Assembly (NCBI GenBank): GCA_016932735.1
Contig: JAFGCI010000004.1
Span: 124,711-188,710, forward strand
Source: Candidatus Aenigmatarchaeota archaeon
GTDB lineage: Archaea > Aenigmatarchaeota > Aenigmatarchaeia > QMZP01 > QMZT01
DNA: 64,000 bases
Reading direction: 5' to 3'
Positions 36,694 through 47,679 of the stretch are shown piece after piece. Numbering within the stretch: the stretch's first letter is position 1; every line of letters begins with the position of its first letter. Below the pieces are notes generated by a model, which saw only the letters and a program-made list of their open reading frames with translations, was not told the DNA's origin and did not search any database. A program made the translations under genes and the position numbers.

Positions 36694-39600
36694 GTGAGCA
36701 GCACTTATAAGTCACAAGGTACAGCTTCAAGTCTATTTATAGTCTTCTCGGTAATATTGTTCTCGCTCACAACACTATTCGTATTAACAGTCTTTGCTTC
36801 TTCTGAGTTCATTGTTTATACGAATAAGGGTACTTATAATCCTGAAGAGCCTATAGTCATAGTCGTAGAAGGTCCCCCCTTCACCGAATTCTATCTGACA
36901 GTTCTCAATAAGAACATGAAGCAGGTATTTCCAATCGGAGACCCTTTATGGAAACTGAACAGCCATGGAATGCACAATTTTTATCTGGAGGGATTTTCAG
37001 AAAGCGGAATGTACACTGCTAAAGTACTTTCCGGAGAAAAGAATACCCAGTCAACTTTTTATGTGGCCTCTTCCCAGACCGAATTAACAGAAGAACCGGC
37101 TGAACAGGAAACACCTGCTTCTGAAAGCAACATCCAGATACAATCAAAAACTGAAGAAAAAAAGGTTATTGTCGCATCTAGGGAAGAGGTAAAAGAGATT
37201 GAAATCTCTGAAAAGCCAAAATATGGACTTGGATGGGAGGAAGTCTGTAAGGAAGGAAAATGCACAAAGACCATAAGCTCATATTTAAGCTCGATGCAGG
37301 ACAGTGAAGGAGAGTACAGGCCGTTCAACGAACTTGTAAAGCTTAATAAGAAGAGTTCAGGCTCTTACCAGTATCTTGAGATAGACTGGAATTCAAATAA
37401 AGTCGGAATGGACCCTTATGCTGTAATAAACCGCCAGAAGGTGGATGACCTTCCCCCATCAATGAGCTTTAACACGATAACAAAAGAAATCGCGGGCCAG
37501 TATAAATGGTCCTACGAATTCAGGAATATACATAACCTTGAAGCAATTGGAATAAAAATAAATTCGAACGGAGGTATTCTAGAAGTCGTGGATGATGACA
37601 CTATAATCATTGACGGAATTGAGTTAGACTTCTCCGACCTTTACAATTCATGCGACGAATATGGCATCTGCACAGACTCGGGAATTATGGTATCGATAGA
37701 CCAGATAGATTTGAACACAGCCGACGTAAGAATAACCAATTTTGAAGGAACTATAGTGCTCCTGGATCCGACAATAAAGTTGCAGACGGCTGACACCCAG
37801 AATCTCGATGACTCCCATGTCAGAAGCAACTCGGCTACCTCGACTTATGGAACAGACACCGCCTTAAGGCTGAGGTCGAGGTCCAACTTCAAATACAGGT
37901 CATATGTGAAATTCAATATCTCTTCAATACCCTCCGCAGCCACGATACAGGATTCTAAGCTTTGCCTTTATTTGTACAGCGACGACTCGACGCCTTCTGC
38001 AGGGGCGTACCACGTTTACGATTACACATGGACAGAGGAAGCGCTCACATGGAACAACCAGCCATGCGGAACCAACTTTGATAGCACCACAAACTGCAAC
38101 ATTACAGCCGAGAACACCCAGACTACAAGCGGAACCGGCTGGATTTGCTGGAATATCACAAAGATGGTTGCAACCGAGAAATATCAGGGAGATGAGAACG
38201 TTTCTGTGGCTATTAAAACAACAGAAACCGACGGCAATGTAGGAGAGGATGCTTTTTATTCGAAGGAGTACACAACTGATACGAGCCTTCGACCTTACCT
38301 TAACATAACCTATGAAATGCCTCCTGCAATTACTTCAGTCGCAAACTCGTCAACAACTGATATATCAACACTGATAACATGGACAACCGATAAGAACGCC
38401 AACTCGTCGGTAGTTTACGGGAACACTACATCACTGCTCGACGGCTCAAATTCATCTGCAACATTTACAACTGCTCATTCAATTCAGCTTACAAACCTGA
38501 ATCCTCAGACGCTTTATTATTACAACGTGACCAGCTGTGGTTTGGGAACCAAGTGCAATACAACAGGCCCTTACAATTTCACAACTTCGGAGTCTCCTGA
38601 TGCAACCAATCCGATAGCTTCGCTGGGAACGAATCCGGTCGCCAATTACAACGATACTGACGGTTCGGTCACATTCGACCTGAAATGCTCCGACAATAGG
38701 GGTGTTGGTACACTCCAGCTCTGGAGCGACTGGACAGGCTCATGGTCAGCCAATCAGACCAACTCATCCCCGGTAAACAACTCGGTCTGGTCGGTCCTTG
38801 TCGAAGGAATCCCCGAAGGCATATGGTCATGGGGAGCCCACTGCAACGACACTTCAGGAAACGAAGGTTGGACAGACTTAAATAGGACAATAACCATTGA
38901 TACGAAGCCGCCACAGATAACATCAGTTACCAATTCATCAACAACATTTGACCATACCGATATAGTATGGACGACCAACGAGCCTGCAAACTCTTCAATA
39001 ATATACGGAAAGATCGAATTTATGGAAGATGGTTATGAGTCATCCACTTCTCTGATTTATTCACATTCACTATACATTGAGAACCTTGACTCCGAAACGC
39101 TGTATTATTACAATGTGACTTCATGCGATTTTATAGGAAACTGCAATACTACGGGACCATATACATTCAAAACGGCTAGAATGCCTGAAGCGGGGATACC
39201 TTTGGTCTATCTTGGAGGCGAACCCCAAAATTACTTCAATTCATCCTCAGGAAATGTAGAATTTGAAATCAAATGCATTGATGACGGCGAGATAGATTCG
39301 CTCCAGCTGTGGAGCGACTGGAGCGGTTCATGGTCTGGAAATGAAACCAACTCAACATCAATAAATGACACATGGTGGAGCTTTTCTGTCAGCGGAATTC
39401 CTGAAGGTACATGGATTTGGGGGGCATCGTGCAGCGACAAAGAAGAGAATACGGGATGGTCGGCACTTAACAGGACGCTTACAATTGATCTGGCACATCC
39501 CGAGATTTCTTTGCAAGACCCTGAGCCATTTTATAACACAACTTCACAGGACGTGAATTTTATTTTCAGGGCGACAGATAATATGGCAACTGTCCTGTCA

Positions 39601-42600
39601 TGCTCTCTTTACATAAACGGATCTTTTTCCGCGGTTAACTCGTCTGTAATAAACGGCTCATTGACAACATTTGAGAAAACGGGTCTTTCCGAAGGACTCT
39701 CTCAGGACTGGGCAATAAACTGCACGGATTATGCAGGAAATTCATACCAGGCTCCGGAAAGGCACTTTTCAATTGATGCAACGCCCCCCATCACTTCTTT
39801 TGAGAATATGCCTATCGATAATTACAATTATTCTTCCCGTTCTCTCTTATTCGAGCTTTACTGCATAGACAATACAGCTCCTCACACCCTTCAGCTATGG
39901 AGCGACTGGTCAGGCTCATGGTCAGCCAATCAGACCAACTCATCCCCGGTAAACAACTCGGTCTGGTCGGTCCTTGTTGAAGGAATCCCTGAAGGCATAT
40001 GGTCATGGGGAGCCTACTGCAAAGACACTCTCGGTAATAGCGATTGGACTGATGTCAACAGAACCCTTACAATTGATATTACAAAGCCTCAAATTACAGA
40101 TGTAACAAATGAATCGATCACTCATACATCGACAATAATATCATGGAATACTGACGAGCCTGCAAATTCCAGTATTTCATACGGAAGAACGGAAGACCTT
40201 AATGAAGGAATTTCATATTCATCAAATTTTGTGTTTTTTCATCAGGCAAGCCTTTCAAGTCTTTTATGCGATACGCTCTATTACTATAATATAACGTCCT
40301 GCGACTTTGCAGGAAACTGCGACACGACAGGGCCGTACAGCTTTAGGACAAAGCAATATCAGCCTCTTCTAGTGAATACGGTTACGGCATGCGCAGCACA
40401 TGATTCCAAGGCGAGAGGAACATTTGACATAGCATGCGACGCTCCCGACGGCTCTTACCTTGAATCAAATGACGGGAACTACGAAGACCACACGTATACA
40501 AAATCGCTTTATGCCGGAGTGAGGATAGAATCAGTAGATGCAGAAGAGACCAAGTGCTATGGAATTGAGTCTGTTTATATATGTTACGAATGGTGGGGCA
40601 CCAATACTCCTCAGGACTGCGATATATCTGTTGATGCTGATGGTGGCGCAAGCTATACAGTCGCGTCATCAACATGCCCGGGAACGATAGCAGATCCTGG
40701 ACCCCAATGCCTTGATGTGACATCACTTGAAACATGGACATGCCAGAATTTTTTTGGCCCGACCGGAACAAGGGCAGTTGCCAAGTCTGAATTCAGAAGG
40801 ACGAGTGCGGGCGGAGGCAGCACTGAAATTGCATATTGGGACATATTATATTTTAACGTGAGCTATCTTGCAGATATAAAGCCTCCCGAAGTTGTTCTCA
40901 ATAATCCTGCTGACAATTTTAATTCAAGCTCCGGAGATATATACTTTAATTGCACAGGTTTTGATGAAGTTAATCTTACCAGCATAAACCTTTATGGAAG
41001 CTGGGGTCCGGGATGGCATCTCAATGCAACAAATGACAGCGTAATTAACAACACATTAACAACATTCAATGTGAAAGGAATAAAAGAAGGGACATATGAA
41101 TGGAACTGCTATGCATGTGGTAACTTTACAAATTGCCAATTTTACTCGGTTAATTATACAATCACAGTCGATACGACAGCTCCAACAGTCTCACTCTCCT
41201 CACCAATTCCGGACTTCAACACGACCTCAGAATCAATAGACTTCATATTCACGGCCACCGACAACCTCGCATCAGCCCTTTCCTGCGACCTTATAATCAA
41301 CGGCTCAGTTGCCGGAACGAACTCATCAACACTAAACGGCACCCTGACAACATTCATCCAATCATCTTTATCAGAAGGCTTAGACCAGACATGGGCAGTC
41401 AACTGTTCCGACTCCGCGCAAAACAGCAATCAGCCATCAGCAAGGACATTCAGCATCGACCGCACAGGACCATCCATCGCCTTCCCATACTACGCCAACG
41501 CGACAAAGAAAACATCATCCCAGACACTGACCATAAACCTCTCCGTGACAGACACAGGACTAGGACCTGACATATGCCTTGTCCATATTGAAGGGCAGTC
41601 AGCAAACCAGACCATCCCATATGTCAGCGGATGGTGCAACGGGACGATCTCACTGACCAATGCGAATGAAGGCAACTCAACAATCTATGCATACGCAAAC
41701 GACACATTGAACAACTTCGGCCTCAACAGTTCCTATGTAATATACATAGACGACTCTCCGCCAATAATCTCATCAGTAACAAACGCATCCACGACCAACG
41801 AAACAACATTAATCACATGGTCGACCAACGAGCCAGCCAACTCTTCTGTAATCTACGGGACCGACAACACGACCCTGTCAGACGGCTCTAACTCATCCGA
41901 AACCTTAACAAGCTCACACTCATTAGCCCTTAAAGACCTGACACAGGACACCATGTATTACTACAATGTGACATCCTGCGACTCACTAAACAACTGCATA
42001 ACAGAAGGTCCATACAGTTTCAAAACGGCTTTATCAGAGGACGATTTTGATTCTCCGGTAATAAGCCTTATTCTTCCGTTAAACAATTCCGGGGACAATG
42101 ACGGAAACGTCTCTTTTTCATACAACGTCACAGACGACTCTAGCATCTTGAATTGTTCGTTGATTTTGAACGGGCAGATAAACCAGACGAATTCGACTGT
42201 CCAGAAAACAATTACCCAGTATTTCAATGTTACCAGCCTTCCGGCCGGTCATTACAACTGGAGCATAAGATGCACTGACGATTCGCCTAATGAAAACACA
42301 CAGACCACAGCATCAAGAAATATTGACATGATAATTTATTCGGCCCCGGTGGAAAACTTTACAATGACAGACTTGTCACAGGTTGATACTTCAAACATCA
42401 CGGATTTCTATATAGAGATAGAAAATAAGACGAGACTTATATTCAACGAGACTCTGGATTTATCAGGCGGATTAGATTTGTCATCAATAATAACAATCCA
42501 GAGCAATTTCATAGATGTCGATACAGCCTCTGAGCCAAGGCTCAATAAATCTGCAGAAATAACTTTCCATAATCTTTCCTATATCTTTAATCCGGTCATA

Positions 42601-45600
42601 CTAAGGAACGGGAAAGAATGCCCGTCTTCTATATGCATGGACAATTATTACAATTTGGGAGAAGGTGTTCTCAGGTTTAATGTAACCCAGTTTACAAACT
42701 ATTCAAGTTCCGAAAACAGCCGGCTTGAAATCTGGGACAGCGGTGATGAAGAGGGCGGGCTTAATATACACAATCCCGGTGATATTGTGGCATTCTATGC
42801 CAATTATACCAATTTGACAAGTTCCGAATCAATAAACGGAACTGGAATAAACTGTACAATAAATTTCGAGGATGGCAGCATCAACATGACCTTTAATGAA
42901 AGCTCTGCTATATACTGGTATAACAGGACTTTCACGACAGCCGGGCTGAAAGAATGGAACGTTTCCTGCAACGGTTCAGTTCAGGACTATGAGCCCCTTA
43001 TCGTCACGGAAACAATTACCATATACGAGCCATGGTGGAACGACAGCTGGAAGTACAGGATTCCAGTGACTATAGAGAATTATTCATATGTGCTTGAAGA
43101 CTTCCAGGTTCTGATAACAATTGACAGTTCAAGCGCTCCTGAAAACTGGAACTGGTCCCAGCAGAACGGAGTCCGCTTCGTTTGGGTGAACGATTCAGGC
43201 GACATTGAAATTCCTCATTATACACCTTACTGGAGTGCCGTTTCTGAGGAAGCGCAGATATGGATAAAGATGCCTGAGATTTCGAATGTTACCAATGAAA
43301 CTGTTCACCTGTATTATGAAAATCCGTCAGCTTCAGATACAAGCAACGCCACAAAAGTCTATGATGTCTATAATGACTTTGAATCCGGAATGGATTATTT
43401 TACACAAAGGAACACAGACGGCGGAGCATGTTCATTAAGCGGGGGAAGGCTTGTCTGCGATCCGAACACACAATGGTCAGGCGCTTATGCCTACACAGAT
43501 TACAACTTCACAACAAAGTATGGATACTACATAGAATTCCGGATGTGGAAAAACCAGTCGACATCAGGATCACCTCCCTTCGGATTCAGTACAGTTTATA
43601 TGAGGAAACCTTATCCGGATCTGGGCTATGAGACTACCTATTATTATACAGCCCAGTCGTCGTCGCTGATAATAGAGGATCGTGTCGATACAGGAAGCTA
43701 CAATGAACAGCAGACTTATGCCAAATGGAACAACGGCACATTCACAGGCAAAGATGACAAATCATGGGCTCAGTACGATAACCAGCCTTATGATTATATT
43801 GTGGTATGGGATACGGACAGCAACATTCTTTCCCAGAACGTAACCCATAACGGTACTTTGCATTCTTCCCAAAGTTATATTCCTGAAAGCGTAATAACCG
43901 ACATTGGAAGCTGGTGGAAGCTGGAAGTCGGAACCTTTGGCTACTATGACACTAATGCAGAATATGATTCCATATCTATGAGAAAATACATAGCAGATGA
44001 AATTGCTCTGTATTACGGCGAAGAGGAGACATCCGGACTCGTTCTAAGCGTAACCAGCCCGTCAAACACATCCTATTCGAATGCGACAATGACTTACAGC
44101 GGATATACAAACAACAACGCTACAATAAGAATGAGCATCAACGGAAACGATAATTATACTTTCTGCTCAAGCTGCACGTCTTTTGGCCTGTCGACATCTG
44201 AAAATGTTACGGAAGGCTCCAATAACGTGACCTTCTGGGCAATCAGCACTGCAAATACATCAGTGGTTGTCAATGAAACAGTATGGTTTTACTTAGATAC
44301 GATTGTGCCTGAAGTTGAATGGAATCCGGAAGCGACCGAGTCAGGGACGCAGTCAAACGTTGAAATTTTGATTAACTGCTCTTTTGATGAAACAAACCCC
44401 CATACAAAAGGATACCAGTTCAATGGAACAAATTCGACCTCATGGGACGGCAACGACGGAATGAATTACTGGGTTGTAAAGAACAGTCTGGAATTCGGAA
44501 ACTACAACGATATATATTGCTGGATAAATGACACCCTCGGACATTATAACGAGACTTCAAAAAGAGAAATAAGCATTCTATGGCTGGATTGGTGGGACGC
44601 GGACTGGACACTAAGAACACCCATAAGTCTTGAAGAAAAAGCGGATAAATATGACTTAATTAATATGACCTTTATGCTGTCGATTAATACATCAAAACTT
44701 TATAATGAAGGCAAAATAAGAGACGACTGCGGGGATATAAGGTTTGTCTATAATGAATCGCATAAGGAGATTCCATATAACTTCACGGAATGTGAAATCA
44801 CGGGCGGAAATACGACATTCTGGATAATGTTTGATCTCGATCGTGCTGATACAATGCTACTGTACATGTACTACAACAATTCAGAGGCGTCAGCAACAAG
44901 ACAGACTCTGAAGCCATACGATACTGAGGATTGTACATTCTTTGACAGTCTTGACGGCTCGACAGCAGGTTCTATAACAGGCTCTGAATTCACGGACTAT
45001 GAATGGGTTACTGATGGCAGGGGAGCAGGCATGCTTTATGAACTTACATCGTCATTTGAGAATTCATGGGCTTACAATCCGGGTTCCGAGGGAACTATTG
45101 AATTCTGGCTAAAGCTTGACGAGGAAATAAATACATCAAGCACGGTGTCTGCCAAGACAATAATTTCATCGGGAAGGAACGGCATATCATTTGATCAGGC
45201 AAGCGGCGCAAATAATGTTCCGGGCCACATTATATTTGGCATCTCACCATCTGCGGGATTCTATTCGGAGATTTACACAAATCAGGACAAATGGTATGAA
45301 GATAACTTCTATCATATAGCCGTTACGTGGGACGGTTCCACTCAGAGCATATATGTAAACGGAACCCTTGACAAGAGCCAGACGCAGACGAGAGCAGGTG
45401 GATGGGGTTCATCTGTTCTGACAAACAGGAATTCCAACTGGGGGAGCAATGCTTATAAGATAAGTAACGTAAGATTATGCCCGGCAGCAAAAACATCCTT
45501 CCAGTATGTCGTTTATCCGGAGCCGAATTCAACTATTCAGCCGGAGGAAACAGTGCCTTTCCTTGATATCGGTTCACCAGTCAATACAACCTATTATTCG

Positions 45601-47625
45601 TATCTTGTTGAAATATTCGGTGAGACAGCTGAACTATCCAATGTTTCGTGGTCGATGAACGGTAACACAAACCAGACTAGCTGCTACAACTGCACGACTT
45701 TCAGCAATATAACATCCGATTTTGTCGTTCAGGGACTCAATAACATAACCATTTATGCCAACTCGACAGAGACTTCGACAAAAGAATCAGAAACGATATG
45801 GTTCACCGTCGATATACTCAACATAAATATGGAGTCTCCGATGAATCACTCAGGGGATTCTGATGGTGACATAATTTTTGAATACAACCTGACAGGGAAT
45901 AGGGGGATAAACAACTGTTCCCTGATTCTCAACGGCCAGCTGAACCAGACAAATACAAGCAGCCTGTCCAAGGATACGAAACTCAACTTCACACTAAACG
46001 ATTTGCCTGTTGCAGGATACAACTGGACCGTTAACTGCACGGCATCTGACGGTCAGATTGTCGGCGGAAACATAAGCTATGCTGAAGTTATTTACACTTC
46101 CGACTTTGGAGGCTCCACGACAGACTTGTCGACGGTTGATATCAGGAATATAGCATCATTTACAATTGAAAACCCGGATTATGGAAAGATAGTTTACACG
46201 CCGAACATAGACCTTTCAGGCGGTGTCAATCTTAACTCTGTAATAGACATTTTATATAACGGCACATATGTCAACTCCTCAGCAGACTCGCGTCTCAATG
46301 TCTCAGCAACAGTATCAATTTATAATCTGACTTATAAAGAGACTCCGGTAATACTCAGGGACGGTACCATATGCTCCGGTTCAATGTGCTCATTTATATC
46401 ATACAACCCGTCAACCGGATTATTCATATTTACTGTGAGTTATTTCAGCAATTATTCATCAACCGAAAATGCAGGTCTTGCTATATGGGACTCGACAGAT
46501 CCCGAGGGCGGTTCAAATATAATCTTTGTAGGACAGCCTTTGATGATATACACCAATTACACAGACGTGACTGATAGCCAGCCGATAACAGGTAGCGGCG
46601 TTTATTGCAACCTGACAGCAAGCGGCTCCGAATATCAGATGGATTATAACGCCACAACAAAACTCTATGAATACAGTCATACATTTTATGACAGCGGCAA
46701 TCAGACATATTATGTATTCTGTAATGGCTCGTCAATGGGGTACGAGCCAATAAACCTTACAGACAACGCAACAATTGAAGGGACGTCACTTGAAGTTGAG
46801 CTTATAACGCCGCCAACGATACCCGGCGATGGCGATGCTAACATGAGCGTCGGCTATATAGTCGGAGCCAACAGGACATTCGTGATAAATGCAACAGTCA
46901 TATGCCGGCAAGGCTATTGCGCATATGTAAATGCTACTGTCCGTTATAATAAGTCCTCAACAGACCCTGATACAAATGTTCCGGTGGCATACACGCCCGG
47001 CGAGGCATTCTTCATGCAGGACGGCATGAACACGAAGAACTGTTCAGAGAACCCTCTGGATGAGGACGAATGGTGCAATATTACATGGACAATAAATGCC
47101 TCAGCCGACCTAAACACTATCTGGAAAATAGATGTGATGTTCAACTCATCAGTTAACAGGACGAACACCACAGATATGACTCAGATACAGATCGGTAAAA
47201 TATTATTGATGGACCTTTCATATGAAGTGATAGATTTCGGTATATTGAATCCGGACGGGGAAGAAACACTTTATCCTGCAATAAATTCAAGCAATATGAC
47301 GTATAATGTGACTGTGGACCAGAACTCCAATGACATAGAGGAGCTGTGGGTAATGGGAACACATCTCACAAACGGAACAATAGATTATAACAGATTTATC
47401 AATGTAAGCAGGGTGAAATGGGCCCGTTCATATCTGGGCGACAATCCAGTCGGGGACCCCAATCTATACAATCTCACACTGTCATTTGACAAGGTAAATA
47501 AAGACACAATTCCGATATATTCCGGAACAAACGAAACGATGTACTTCTGGATAGATTCTCCGGGAGGCGTGCTGCCATTGACATACACGGGAACCCTGAC
47601 TATAATGGGCAACGCCACATTCTGA
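36694..47625 (+). CDS. Giant surface glycoprotein 1 (3643 aa): signal/TM, DNRLRE(CBM96)-like, 4 FN3-like, Ig repeats, 2 DUF2341, LamG
   Basis: GTG start after GAGGGGG; DSHVRS...RPYLNITY; four ITW.T...ANSS..YG...LYYYNVTSC; WW..W..R.P DUF2341 starts near 43033 and 44590; FYHIAVTWDG..SIYVNG LamG; dense sequons. Confidence 0.9.
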   Translation: MSSTYKSQGTASSLFIVFSVILFSLTTLFVLTVFASSEFIVYTNKGTYNPEEPIVIVVEGPPFTEFYLTVLNKNMKQVFPIGDPLWKLNSHGMHNFYLEGFSESGMYTAKVLSGEKNTQSTFYVASSQTELTEEPAEQETPASESNIQIQSKTEEKKVIVASREEVKEIEISEKPKYGLGWEEVCKEGKCTKTISSYLSSMQDSEGEYRPFNELVKLNKKSSGSYQYLEIDWNSNKVGMDPYAVINRQKVDDLPPSMSFNTITKEIAGQYKWSYEFRNIHNLEAIGIKINSNGGILEVVDDDTIIIDGIELDFSDLYNSCDEYGICTDSGIMVSIDQIDLNTADVRITNFEGTIVLLDPTIKLQTADTQNLDDSHVRSNSATSTYGTDTALRLRSRSNFKYRSYVKFNISSIPSAATIQDSKLCLYLYSDDSTPSAGAYHVYDYTWTEEALTWNNQPCGTNFDSTTNCNITAENTQTTSGTGWICWNITKMVATEKYQGDENVSVAIKTTETDGNVGEDAFYSKEYTTDTSLRPYLNITYEMPPAITSVANSSTTDISTLITWTTDKNANSSVVYGNTTSLLDGSNSSATFTTAHSIQLTNLNPQTLYYYNVTSCGLGTKCNTTGPYNFTTSESPDATNPIASLGTNPVANYNDTDGSVTFDLKCSDNRGVGTLQLWSDWTGSWSANQTNSSPVNNSVWSVLVEGIPEGIWSWGAHCNDTSGNEGWTDLNRTITIDTKPPQITSVTNSSTTFDHTDIVWTTNEPANSSIIYGKIEFMEDGYESSTSLIYSHSLYIENLDSETLYYYNVTSCDFIGNCNTTGPYTFKTARMPEAGIPLVYLGGEPQNYFNSSSGNVEFEIKCIDDGEIDSLQLWSDWSGSWSGNETNSTSINDTWWSFSVSGIPEGTWIWGASCSDKEENTGWSALNRTLTIDLAHPEISLQDPEPFYNTTSQDVNFIFRATDNMATVLSCSLYINGSFSAVNSSVINGSLTTFEKTGLSEGLSQDWAINCTDYAGNSYQAPERHFSIDATPPITSFENMPIDNYNYSSRSLLFELYCIDNTAPHTLQLWSDWSGSWSANQTNSSPVNNSVWSVLVEGIPEGIWSWGAYCKDTLGNSDWTDVNRTLTIDITKPQITDVTNESITHTSTIISWNTDEPANSSISYGRTEDLNEGISYSSNFVFFHQASLSSLLCDTLYYYNITSCDFAGNCDTTGPYSFRTKQYQPLLVNTVTACAAHDSKARGTFDIACDAPDGSYLESNDGNYEDHTYTKSLYAGVRIESVDAEETKCYGIESVYICYEWWGTNTPQDCDISVDADGGASYTVASSTCPGTIADPGPQCLDVTSLETWTCQNFFGPTGTRAVAKSEFRRTSAGGGSTEIAYWDILYFNVSYLADIKPPEVVLNNPADNFNSSSGDIYFNCTGFDEVNLTSINLYGSWGPGWHLNATNDSVINNTLTTFNVKGIKEGTYEWNCYACGNFTNCQFYSVNYTITVDTTAPTVSLSSPIPDFNTTSESIDFIFTATDNLASALSCDLIINGSVAGTNSSTLNGTLTTFIQSSLSEGLDQTWAVNCSDSAQNSNQPSARTFSIDRTGPSIAFPYYANATKKTSSQTLTINLSVTDTGLGPDICLVHIEGQSANQTIPYVSGWCNGTISLTNANEGNSTIYAYANDTLNNFGLNSSYVIYIDDSPPIISSVTNASTTNETTLITWSTNEPANSSVIYGTDNTTLSDGSNSSETLTSSHSLALKDLTQDTMYYYNVTSCDSLNNCITEGPYSFKTALSEDDFDSPVISLILPLNNSGDNDGNVSFSYNVTDDSSILNCSLILNGQINQTNSTVQKTITQYFNVTSLPAGHYNWSIRCTDDSPNENTQTTASRNIDMIIYSAPVENFTMTDLSQVDTSNITDFYIEIENKTRLIFNETLDLSGGLDLSSIITIQSNFIDVDTASEPRLNKSAEITFHNLSYIFNPVILRNGKECPSSICMDNYYNLGEGVLRFNVTQFTNYSSSENSRLEIWDSGDEEGGLNIHNPGDIVAFYANYTNLTSSESINGTGINCTINFEDGSINMTFNESSAIYWYNRTFTTAGLKEWNVSCNGSVQDYEPLIVTETITIYEPWWNDSWKYRIPVTIENYSYVLEDFQVLITIDSSSAPENWNWSQQNGVRFVWVNDSGDIEIPHYTPYWSAVSEEAQIWIKMPEISNVTNETVHLYYENPSASDTSNATKVYDVYNDFESGMDYFTQRNTDGGACSLSGGRLVCDPNTQWSGAYAYTDYNFTTKYGYYIEFRMWKNQSTSGSPPFGFSTVYMRKPYPDLGYETTYYYTAQSSSLIIEDRVDTGSYNEQQTYAKWNNGTFTGKDDKSWAQYDNQPYDYIVVWDTDSNILSQNVTHNGTLHSSQSYIPESVITDIGSWWKLEVGTFGYYDTNAEYDSISMRKYIADEIALYYGEEETSGLVLSVTSPSNTSYSNATMTYSGYTNNNATIRMSINGNDNYTFCSSCTSFGLSTSENVTEGSNNVTFWAISTANTSVVVNETVWFYLDTIVPEVEWNPEATESGTQSNVEILINCSFDETNPHTKGYQFNGTNSTSWDGNDGMNYWVVKNSLEFGNYNDIYCWINDTLGHYNETSKREISILWLDWWDADWTLRTPISLEEKADKYDLINMTFMLSINTSKLYNEGKIRDDCGDIRFVYNESHKEIPYNFTECEITGGNTTFWIMFDLDRADTMLLYMYYNNSEASATRQTLKPYDTEDCTFFDSLDGSTAGSITGSEFTDYEWVTDGRGAGMLYELTSSFENSWAYNPGSEGTIEFWLKLDEEINTSSTVSAKTIISSGRNGISFDQASGANNVPGHIIFGISPSAGFYSEIYTNQDKWYEDNFYHIAVTWDGSTQSIYVNGTLDKSQTQTRAGGWGSSVLTNRNSNWGSNAYKISNVRLCPAAKTSFQYVVYPEPNSTIQPEETVPFLDIGSPVNTTYYSYLVEIFGETAELSNVSWSMNGNTNQTSCYNCTTFSNITSDFVVQGLNNITIYANSTETSTKESETIWFTVDILNINMESPMNHSGDSDGDIIFEYNLTGNRGINNCSLILNGQLNQTNTSSLSKDTKLNFTLNDLPVAGYNWTVNCTASDGQIVGGNISYAEVIYTSDFGGSTTDLSTVDIRNIASFTIENPDYGKIVYTPNIDLSGGVNLNSVIDILYNGTYVNSSADSRLNVSATVSIYNLTYKETPVILRDGTICSGSMCSFISYNPSTGLFIFTVSYFSNYSSTENAGLAIWDSTDPEGGSNIIFVGQPLMIYTNYTDVTDSQPITGSGVYCNLTASGSEYQMDYNATTKLYEYSHTFYDSGNQTYYVFCNGSSMGYEPINLTDNATIEGTSLEVELITPPTIPGDGDANMSVGYIVGANRTFVINATVICRQGYCAYVNATVRYNKSSTDPDTNVPVAYTPGEAFFMQDGMNTKNCSENPLDEDEWCNITWTINASADLNTIWKIDVMFNSSVNRTNTTDMTQIQIGKILLMDLSYEVIDFGILNPDGEETLYPAINSSNMTYNVTVDQNSNDIEELWVMGTHLTNGTIDYNRFINVSRVKWARSYLGDNPVGDPNLYNLTLSFDKVNKDTIPIYSGTNETMYFWIDSPGGVLPLTYTGTLTIMGNATF
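38716..38846 (+). repeat. 131 bp near-identical intragenic repeat, copy 1 (copy 2 at 39892-40022)
   Basis: 5 mismatches in 131 nt by eye; encodes QLWSDW.GSWSANQTNSSPVNNSVWSVLVEGIPEGIWSWGA.C. Confidence 0.9.
39892..40022 (+). repeat. 131 bp near-identical intragenic repeat, copy 2
   Basis: Matches 38716-38846. Confidence 0.9.
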
Positions 47626-47641
47626 TTCATTCCAGAGCCAA

Positions 47642-47664
47642 TAATTATATAAATTATATAATTA
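47642..47664. promoter_or_regulatory. Perfect 11-1-11 AT palindrome overlapping a TATA-like box
   Basis: TAATTATATAA-A-TTATATAATTA. Confidence 0.5.
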
Positions 47665-47679
47665 ATTAACCAACATACG

